Of a stretch of DNA of 64,000 nt, positions 53,971-64,000 are shown one piece after another. The translations under genes were made by a program, and so were the position numbers. Position 1 is the first letter of the stretch. Every line of letters starts with the position of its first letter. Below the pieces are notes generated by a model that searched no databases, was not told where the DNA came from, and saw only the letters and a list, made by a program, of their open reading frames with translations. Source of the DNA: Camelus ferus (taxonomy: Eukaryota); NCBI RefSeq assembly GCF_009834535.1, contig NC_045696.1, positions 4,900,001-4,964,000 on the forward strand, read 5' to 3'.

Positions 53971-55045
53971 CACAGTTGGCAAACAGCTATAGATGTGCAT
54001 GTCAAACACGTTTTCCTGAAATTATGTCTTCATTAAATTGCTTCTACTTTCTCTAATAACATTAGTCCAATATTTGAAAAAGGAGATGAAAACTGTCACA
54101 GTGTATGATAGTAGCAAAATTAGACTAGATCTTTGTCATGAAAACAGTTTTTAACTCATAGAATCTCTTTGATTCCTATGATTTCTTTGACTTATTCAGG
54201 TAATGTCTGTGCATCTACTGTTACTGAGATCAAGTATTGAGAGACTGGGGTCAGTGGGAGGACCTTCAGACAAATAACTAATACATGGCAGGAGGTAGGA
54301 AATGAGAAAAACAGCACAGGGTGAGAAACAAAACATTTCAACCAGTCATGGGAGAACAGATAGACAAGTAAGAAAATCACTGATTTCTGCACAATGTCAT
54401 CAAAGAAACATGTGTGAGAGGTTTTGGAAGCAGAGCAGATGGACATCTAGCCAGTTCTGGACATAAAGTCTAGAGTCAAAAAAAAGTTTCCAAGAGAAAC
54501 TGAGTTGAGGCTCCAAGGGGTCTACAGCCTGAAAAAAATCTCCAAAGCAGGTGACAGCTGAGTTGTGTTTTCACACTTTAAGCTGGTAGGGGTGAGAGTG
54601 GGGCCAAGTAGGAGTTAGGGACAGAAGGAGGGCAGGGTGCAGCCTTCACATTCAGAGTCAGTGTGGCTGAACTGAAGGCTACTCCCTGTAGGTGGACGGT
54701 GTGGGCCAGCACAGAGACAGTATCAGATCTTGTAGCGTTTGGTGGTCCCTGCTTGTTCCTAAAGGCAGTGAAGTGACTGAAGCAGGGCGTAGGTACTCAC
54801 AGTAGTGTTTTAGAAAAATTAATACGTTGAGGTATATGAGATGGATGGCAGTCTACAAAGAAAAAAAATTTAGGAAGACCAGTAGTTAAGACACAATTGA
54901 AATGTTTTAATAGAAGGTGATGGTAGTGTGTTTGGGGCGGGGGGGAAAGGAGCCAGATGCAAGAGATACTGAGAAATGGAGCAGACAAGACATTGCAGCC
55001 CTGAGAGTGGTTGGAGATACAGAGGAAGCTACAGCTAGGAAAAGT

Positions 55046-55100
55046 CTATTCTGTTCTGTTCTGTTACATTACATTACATTACATTACATTACATTACATA
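55046..55100. repeat. Compound (TTCTG)n/(TTACA)n pentanucleotide microsatellite amid L2 remnants
   Basis: ttctgttctgttctgttacattacattacatt... Confidence 0.85.
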
Positions 55101-57668
55101 CAAGCTTTATATAGTAACTTTTATTATTCTGAGCTTCTTGCAGCTGGGAGACTTGGCTAGCACTAATAGGAACAGAGAATTGAAAGAGAGGCTTACATCA
55201 AGGGGAAACATGACACATTTGGTTTGGAATTTGAGATGCTTCTGGGACCTCAAGATGAAGATCTTAGCAGATAAGTGAACAAGCAGGCAGGAAGTTGGGA
55301 AGGAGTTTTGGATGAAAATGGAGATGAGGCAAATCAACGGCAGTGAGCTGACAAATGGAACAGAGTGGGTAGGTGAGATCTGTTAGTCAGGGGCACACAG
55401 GCTCCATTCGAATTGATGAACTGCTTATTTAAGGTTTTTAATATTCTTCATACTCTGTATGAATTTTTCAAGTGAACGAGGTCCCTATCCCTTTGCTATG
55501 GAATCTAGGAACTCTTCTAAACTCTTATAGACAGTTGTCTAGGATTTATAGACACTCATAAGCAAGCAGAGATGGTGACAACATTTATTATTCCTACTCT
55601 ACTAGTCCATTTAATTAAATTAGATAATTTTGAATCATATTTACCATACAAACACTTTGCAATTCAATTCTAATAATTGAAAAACAAAACAAAACAAAAA
55701 ACCCTAACGCCTCATTGGCTATCTTGAACTCTTCATTGAGTAAAATGAGGACAATAATTCTACATTGAAAAAATAACAGGCATTAAAAAATAACAACAGA
55801 AAACAAAATAGTTCCAACTCGTTGTCAAAATTGCAGTGTAATCTGAGAAAAGGTGTGTTTTACCACAGCAATATCTGCAGTACACGATGTTCTAACCGCA
55901 GTAGGACAGTTGTGCAGAGACTGAGGACTGTAGGTACTCATCTTTAGTGGGAATTGTGAAATTTGTCTATATGATTTTGTGTGTTCATTTGTTTTAATTG
56001 TAAACAGTCCTTCAAGTCAGGGCAGGTTCCTTGAACCTAGAGCTTTCTGAAATTGGGGTAAATCTGTGTAATTTGGTCCCACGGTTGTTTTCTGTCCGTG
56101 GAGAATGTTGCCTATCACTTAGAATGTGGCTGGAGCTGAGTAATCTCTGAAACTCCAGCTTACTGTTTCTGTAATGACGCCTGTCTTACAGAGTTCTCAG
56201 CCAAGCAGGGATTCTCTCCTCAGTTCAGCATGACTTAAGTAATGCATGGTTGTGAATTTCCCTCAATGTATCCAAACTTCCCACTTAACTCAGCTACAGA
56301 AATATAAATATGGTATATTCAATCTCTGGCTAAAGAAAAATAGATACTTTTAACCTATTTAATTTCTAATATTTTATATGGTTTCGGCTGTCATAAGTAT
56401 GCCCAATTCACAACTCCCTTAGGAAACGTTATAGATGGACCCTGAAAGCAGTCCTACTGCCCCAGAGGGACCACGCCTCACTCCTCTGTCCTTCCCACCC
56501 AGTAGCAGCGTCAGAGAACACCCTGCTGGCTCACGCCTGCCTTTTATTTCTAGGTCAGTATTTGTGTGTCAGTTAAAATCAGTTCATACTGAACCCCAGG
56601 GGAGCTTAGACAGAGAAGTCAAGAAGGGCTTCCCAAGGAGCCCACGTTTATGTGCACACACAGGAGCTTTGTTTTATGTAGCACCTGCTGACTCCCAGCC
56701 ATGCCCTTCTTGCTCCTGCATCATCCCCCCTGAATAGCTACCCGTTGCCCTTCCTCCTCTAGCAGGCACCAGCCGAGGACCGGCAGTCTAATTCATGGTA
56801 AGCCAGAGGCAGCCCAGCTCAGGGGAACAAGCTCACAGGGTGGTTCAGAGTTGGCACGGATGGCTATACCTGAATACACCGCCGGGTCTTGACTGCATCT
56901 CCCCAGCTTGCTGTACCAGCAGTGGGAGACATGGCTCAGTGGATCTGCTAGTGAGAAGTCCTGGTCCCTCAGTTAATCAGACAGAGTAGGAGCCTCACCT
57001 TTGTCCTTCACATCTCATCACTGTTATGTCCTGGGCATGTCTCCCTTTGTATTCATAACTTCAGGATTGTCTGATGTGCAGGGCAGAAACACATGCTCAT
57101 CATCACCTCTGAAAGATATTTTCAAAACCTATTATGCAATTACAATGAGTAAGATGCTATTTATTCCACTAGTTGTGGGAAATAAAAAAGATAAACTCGC
57201 TATATCTCCTGTCTCCCGGGTCACTCAGGAAAGAGGCATGTACTTTGATCACTATACTCATGAGTGAGTCATGCATTTCATTGTAGAATCTTGAACTTGG
57301 GGTGGATGGAGAAAGACTTCAATTGTGTGAGCAGAGTGGAGGACTGACTGTATCACCCAGGGTCAGTAATTTACAATTTTGGAACCTGAAGCACATTGTA
57401 AAGTAGCAGAATTGGGCAAGTAATCTGTCTTATGGGTTGACAGTCCATTAAGCGACGTGCTCAACCCACAGGTCACATATGTGCCTCAGCATCACAGTTG
57501 TGGAGCCACAGATAGTGGACAGTCCAGAGTTCTAAGCTTGTACAGGTTCTAGGCATACCTGGTGGGCATATGGCACCTAAGATGGGTAGGTAATTGGGAC
57601 TGAACTCTCAGAGACCAGCCATGGGATTTGCATTCCCATAATGGGCAGGACTAGGAGATGCAATTTTT

Positions 57669-57903
57669 GGAGACTTTATGAAGACTTTATGAAAAACTTC
57701 TTAAAGGCTGGGAAGAAAGGGCTTATTAAACAGAATGGAGAGAAGGAGCTGGGAAAATTAAAACATCTGCAGCCACGACTCAGAGGAGACTTTATGAAGA
57801 CTTTATGAAAAACTTCTTAAAGGCTGGGAAGAAAGGGCTTATTAAACAGAATGGAGAGAAGGAGCTGGGAAAATTAAAACATCTGCAGCCACGACTCAGA
57901 GGA
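57669..57903. repeat. Perfect 116-bp tandem duplication
   Basis: 57669-57784 is identical to 57785-57900, followed by gga. Confidence 0.95.
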
Positions 57904-59012
57904 CTTTGGCTTCAAGCAGACTTCTTGAGCAGTCTGATACCGAAAGCTGTCAACCTGAGAATTGTATGAAGACTCGTGGAGTTAAATTACCACTGGAAAT
58001 GAAATGGCAGAATATGGAATTGATGAAATTATATATGGCAATGGAAATAGAGCCTTATGTGTCTCAACATGCATGTAATACATTTGATTCTCCCAATGAA
58101 TTCTGGGCGTTGGGACAAAAAGGAAAAAAAGAGTTAGGAAAAGGGGAGGTAGAAGGATGCTAAATTGAGCTACTTCTATGCACCACCTGGGCTCTGGGGC
58201 TGGCGTGTTACAGAAAGCCTCCCCCAGCACTCATGAATTGTTGCACTGTCAACATTTTACACATGAAGAAATGGAATCATAGAGTTGAAAAAGCTGAATC
58301 AAGATAACACTGCCAACTACCCAAGATTGGCCAACACTCAACTGATGTTTCTTTCAATATATCATACTCTGCTCTGGGGAGAAAAATAAAAATTATTTTG
58401 TGCCTTATGAAAAAGAATATATTGTTAATTTTTGAGGGACAGGACACAGAAATATATTAGCCTGATTTAATGCCATTGTTAATGGTTTGAAAAGAATGAG
58501 TCTAAATTAGCATTTGGCAATGTTCAGTGGCTCTGAACTGCCTCAGGGAAAGGAACCCCCACTATTGCGTAGAATGAAATATACAGACTTGGTAAGAAGT
58601 GACGTTTAGCAGATACTTACATACTTCATGTAGGAAGGTTATGTGGAAACCTGCTGCAGATCACTTTCAGAATTTCTGCTCCTGTAATGTTTCAAGGTTT
58701 CACTGTCAAGAATATTCAGAGATTTTACCTCCAAAGGTGATATAGTGAATCAGATAAAGCAATGGGTCTCAAACAAGTGATTTGGCTTTACCAATATCAT
58801 TACAGGAGTTTTTGCATCACTTGGTTTACTTTTTGCCTCCAATATTCTATCTTCTGGATGTAAAATACAAGATTTAGGACCTTTTAAGACATTTTTAAAT
58901 ATTTTATATAGTTGACTTGTGAGTCATGGCTGAAGCAAAGGAGACAACAATGTATGTAGTGAGGAGAGAAGTGATATGATTGATACATAGGTCTTTTGAT
59001 TTGATTTGCATT

Positions 59013-59070
59013 TAGGAAACTCTATTCAATACCTTGTAATAGCCTATAATAAAAAAGAATATGAAAAGGA

Positions 59071-59114
<44 letters not shown>

Positions 59115-59176
59115 CTGAATCACTATGCTGTACACTAGAAACACATTAGAAACCGACTACTTCAATTAAGAAAAAG
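59013..59176 (+). mobile_element. Young L1 3' end containing an expanded (TG)n (about 59072-59112)
   Basis: ggaaactctattcaataccttgtaatagcctataat...aagaatatgaaaaggaata(tg)n tatctgaatcactatgctgtacac...cttcaatt plus A-tail. Confidence 0.8.
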
Positions 59177-60289
59177 TGCATCCCAATGTAACGTGGCAAG
59201 CAAAAGAACAAGCCACAAAACTGATTCTGACATTATTCTGCGAAAATGACATTTCCCTCTAAATAAATCCTTTCTTCCATCATGAACATTTTTGTTTAAA
59301 ATATCTTGGAAAGTTTTTTTTATAAATATGTTTTAAAACATTTTAGATATATAAATATATAAGTAAAAATACATAAAAATATTTTCCCCATTAGATATAT
59401 TGACTGCAACATGATTCAGAGTCTTAATCAGGCACTATGCTATTGTATTAACTGCCAAAACAAACTGGCTATGAAGGGCAGTGTCCCCCAGCCGCTATGT
59501 GTGTTGCACTGTGTCTGCTCTTTTTGTAGTTTCTCCCCATCTTTGGCTTACCAACCATGGCTTCTTACTGAGCCTTCATCAGTAAGCCTGAAATATCAGC
59601 ATCTGGTTTAGACCAAGAAATGAGATAACTAAGAGTGTTGCAACAGTCTAACAAAGGACGTTCAAAACGAGGGGTTATCCTTTGAGTGACGTGGGGGAGT
59701 GTTAGTGCCTGCGCTTTCTGACCTGTGTTTTCACTGCTTTGGAGGCATGGGTCTTCATTACTAACAATGTTGCTTCTTGGCAAAACACTCTGAAATTCAC
59801 TTCTGTAACTATAATTCTATTTCTTAGAATTCTATAAACCAATAAATTACAGATATTTTAGAATTATGGAACGCATGAATTCTATTTTTTTTCTTTTTTA
59901 ACTGATTCCCTTGTAGCTATGTCTTGCCTCTGTTCTTGAAAAATAATAGGTATGTGCCCTTTTTCTATTCTATAATTTTCTTCTGCTATAAAGAAGACAC
60001 TCATATTTAATAATTATTGACAGCCTGCACTCCATGTTGTTTTCTTATTAAACAGATCAAAATGTGCTATGTCTTGCTTTTCTTTCTTGATCTGGGGAAT
60101 AGAAAGTAAGTCCTTATGTATTTCTTCCTTCTCCCTATTATAAGAGAAATTGAGTGCTCTCCCTGGCCCAATAATGTTTCACTTGACTGTTATGTTTTTT
60201 CCCCTCTACTTCCTTATGAAATAGAATCAGTGCTCAACAACTGATTCAGGTGCATGTGAAGGTTTGTGAACCCCTGTGCTAACTCACTC

Positions 60290-60402
60290 ACTGCTCACAG
60301 CGACACTCCTGGGAGTGGAAACTGAGGCACAGAGATGTGTTAACGACTTTAGCCAGTGGCACAGCTGGACTTAAACCCAAGGCATCTGGCCCCAAAGTTC
60401 TA
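60290..60402 (-). mobile_element. MIR SINE
   Basis: ggaaactgaggcacagagatgtgttaacgact...ggacttaaacccaaggcatctggccccaaag. Confidence 0.7.
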
Positions 60403-61179
60403 ACTAGAAAAATGATCTGTAAATCAGATAAGGAGCAGCACCAAGCCAGCAGTGGGTGCCGAGTCTGAGTAGACTCACAATAGGTTTCTGTGTGTAAGAA
60501 ACCAAAGAAGATGAAATGTAGTTCATTTTTAAAAAATGGCAATTTATTAAGTGTTAATATTTACAGATGGAGTGAACATCTGTGACACTTGGGGCAAGAT
60601 TTAGAGAAACACAAGCACTTTTGCTACAGCGGCACTTTCCGTGTCTGATGGCAACTGTGAACAGACACTGGGCAGGATGTCGGCTGTCCATGATTATTAA
60701 ATATAAGAATGTCTCCTTACAGTAGAAGAAAGTTACAAGATAGAGGAAGGTCTCAATTTTACAAGAACAGAGGCAAGAGTTAGCTGCAGAGGAATCAGTT
60801 AAAAAAGAAAACAAAAACAAAACTCATGTTACCCACATTTCTGAAGTGTCACTGACTCTTTGGTGTTAAGCATCACGTAGACCCTCATCCTGAGATCTTT
60901 TTCTCTTCGCATAAGATCAGCTTCCTGCACACCCGGAGTTCTGACTTTTCACTGATGACCCCCAGCAGTTTTGACGTTGAATATGCTTGTCTGTACTTTC
61001 AGTGGTTTGTTTGCCTGCTTGTTTCTCTGATGAGACCTGATGAGCCACCTGCCCAATTACTCTGGCTGTATTTGCAATTCAGAGATAGAGCTTCCAACTT
61101 ATTTTAAAAGCATATAGTAGTAGTCATAGTATTGAATAGCAGAATAGCCGCTGCTTTACTTTGTTGATGTCCGCTGCCT

Positions 61180-61326
61180 ATGACTGTGCATGACGGCCCC
61201 AGTGGGTAGAGATGGTATACTGTGTTCACTGCTGTCTGTCCAGCACAGACAGTGTGGTCAAGCACATCCCGGGTGCTCAGCAAGCACTTCTTGAGAGAAT
61301 GAATGAATGAATGAGTGAGTGAATGG
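61180..61326 (+). mobile_element. L2 3' end with (GAAT)n tail
   Basis: tgttcactgctgtct...ggtgctcagcaagcacttcttgagagaatgaatgaatgaatgagtgagtgaatg. Confidence 0.75.
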
Positions 61327-62291
61327 TTTTCATTCAGTTGTTTCTCAGCTGGATCCCTAACACTCCCCTGAGCTGATCATTAAATGAGATTACAGTTGAT
61401 TTAATGAATAAAGTCTGCAGACACCCTGCTATTTAATAACTTCATCCTGTAAAATCACCTACTAAAATAACTGGTTTATATTAAGCTATTATGGTCTTAA
61501 TAATTTAATAATCTATGAATTACTACTCTGAGATGCTGATTGGAAGAGCATACTGACAACTTGCCCATGAGCCCATGACTCACAAGGAACCAAAATAGGA
61601 TTCAGAGTGGGCACCACTGGCTCCATTTTGACCACTTTATGATGCTGATACCCTGTGAGGCCGTCTAGGAAGTTGCTGAGGAAGAATGGTCCTGAGGCAA
61701 GAAGGATAAATAGGAGTTTTTTAGGGAGATTGAATCAGGAAAGAGCTTTCCAGATTGAGCTTGGCTGTGTCCATGGCTGGCCGGACTGAAGGCTATAACC
61801 TTGTCCTCAGTAGCAACACATCTTAACCACTCAGCAAACTGGTAATAGACCAGTTCATACTTTAAGGTCATGTACAAGGAATGTGTAAAATTGAGGGATG
61901 CAGAGTAAAGATGCAATTGTCCTAATGTCAATCTTTTAAATTAACATTTGCTATTAGTTGGACATTGAGTATTAAAAAATGTTTAACAGTAAAACTGGAA
62001 TCTCTCCTTCTTCAATAAGCTTAAAGTATATACACCAATTAACAAGACATGGGATGGATTGAAGGGGGAACAGGAATTGTAGTGCTAATATTAGCAAAGC
62101 AGGAAGGAAGTCTCTCATACACATAGTTTTAAAACTTCCAGGAGGAAACCAAACCCAATCCCTCTTTCACAGTATTTACACTGAAAAGTACAGAATCTGA
62201 AATGATTATTGTATTAATTTATCAAAATAAATTAGATTAAGCATATTTGCTGAAGTACAAATCAAGCCACACTTTTCATTTAGATCAATGA

Positions 62292-62759
<468 letters not shown>

Positions 62760-62869
62760 TGACTGAGGAAGCCTGGCATCTATGCGGCAGATTCAACAGC
62801 ACTCACCGATGGTGTTTGCTTGAAATTTGAAAATAACCAGAATTCACAAAATTTGCTGTCATTCCACTT

Positions 62870-62872
<3 letters not shown>

Positions 62873-62912
<40 letters not shown>
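62873..62912. repeat. (CA)n microsatellite about 120 nt downstream of exon 9
   Basis: Direct inspection. Confidence 0.95.
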
Positions 62913-62914
<2 letters not shown>

Positions 62915-64000
62915 CTATAGATACCAACTATGGACTCCCCTAAACTCCAAGCCAGGTTTTATTTACCTAAAGTATGAAGCTTCCAAAAATTAGAGAAGAA
63001 ATGTGTGAATGAAGATGTGGGGGTCATCGGATTTAATTCATGAAATAGAGCGTCCCTACATTAACTCAATGTTTTTTGAGGACGAAAGTCCATGAGCTGT
63101 TGCTGTGTTGTATTTATTTTAGATAGCACTTTTTATATTATTATTTAGATTGATGACTTTTAAAAATATTTCTCAAAGCCATATATCACATTTTCTAATG
63201 TCAAAAAATAGTAGCTTTTTATATTTTTTGTTTCAGTTTTAGAAATACAGTTTTCTTACTTCCTCTCTTCTATTGAGCATTAAATCTCTCATCATTTTGG
63301 GAGGATGTTTAATAAATAATACTTAATAAATTAAGCAAAGTGTGGTAATATTTATGAAAAAATTAAGATAAGGTAGTTTAACTTGCAGAGAACTTTATCA
63401 GGGCTTGCTCACAGTGCACCTAAAATGTAAGCAGCCGTCTTACTGCAAATCCCAGTCCAGGTCGCCAGACGCCCGCTAAGGTTCACACTTACCATTTGCA
63501 ACATGAGCAGCTAGTGTTCTACAAAGTCCGTTGAGCGTTGAGCATGGATATTCTGTGATTTTATGATTCTCCAAGAACTGTGTGCATTCATCCACCAGCA
63601 CAATATTCATCCACATTGCAAAAGTAACTGGATGAAATTAAAGGTTTATATTAATGTTGATTATTTGCCTTTTAAAGTTCTTGAATATTGGGCTCTTATT
63701 GTAATTGTCAGGAGGGAATGATTTTCATGGCTTTCAGGATAGTCCATTTGTCTGAGCAGACTCTTTCTTGAGCAGTAGATTCCCATGCCTTTCCTCGGTC
63801 CTTCCACCTTGTCTCCATGATACCTCTCCTACCTTTCTGGCTGAAAAGGAATCCCCATTTTGTCTATTTGCCAACAAAAGAAAGCAAAGCATGTTTAGAA
63901 TTTACATGAAGACAGCAACTTTGTATTTGTGGAAGAGATTTTCCCTGAGTGAGTAAGTAAGAAAGATAGACACAAACTAAAGGCAGAAATGGCTTTATGC

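Overview
Mammalian genomic DNA from inside the DSCAM gene (Down syndrome cell adhesion molecule), transcribed on the + strand. A Vic-1-like tRNA SINE and characteristic young L1 3' ends suggest a camelid. The window holds six coding exons that I number 4-9 from memory of the human gene model (147, 279, 276, 297, 276 and 279 bp; all phase 1-1). They encode the second half of Ig2 through Ig7. The rest is intron filled with L1, L2, MIR, MaLR/ERVL/ERV1 LTRs, hAT-Charlie DNA transposons and microsatellites; repeat families were recognised by eye and their boundaries are approximate. I found no convincing new biological system and no Drosophila-type array of mutually exclusive Dscam exons. The best leads are modest: a CpG-rich island in intron 8 carrying several splice signals (candidate poison exon, AG|GT recursive site or microexon); a weak exon 7 donor with a stronger-looking out-of-frame donor 7 nt upstream; a perfect 116-bp tandem duplication; a 35-bp near-perfect palindrome; an L1 with two internal deletions; and a few motif-dense enhancer candidates.
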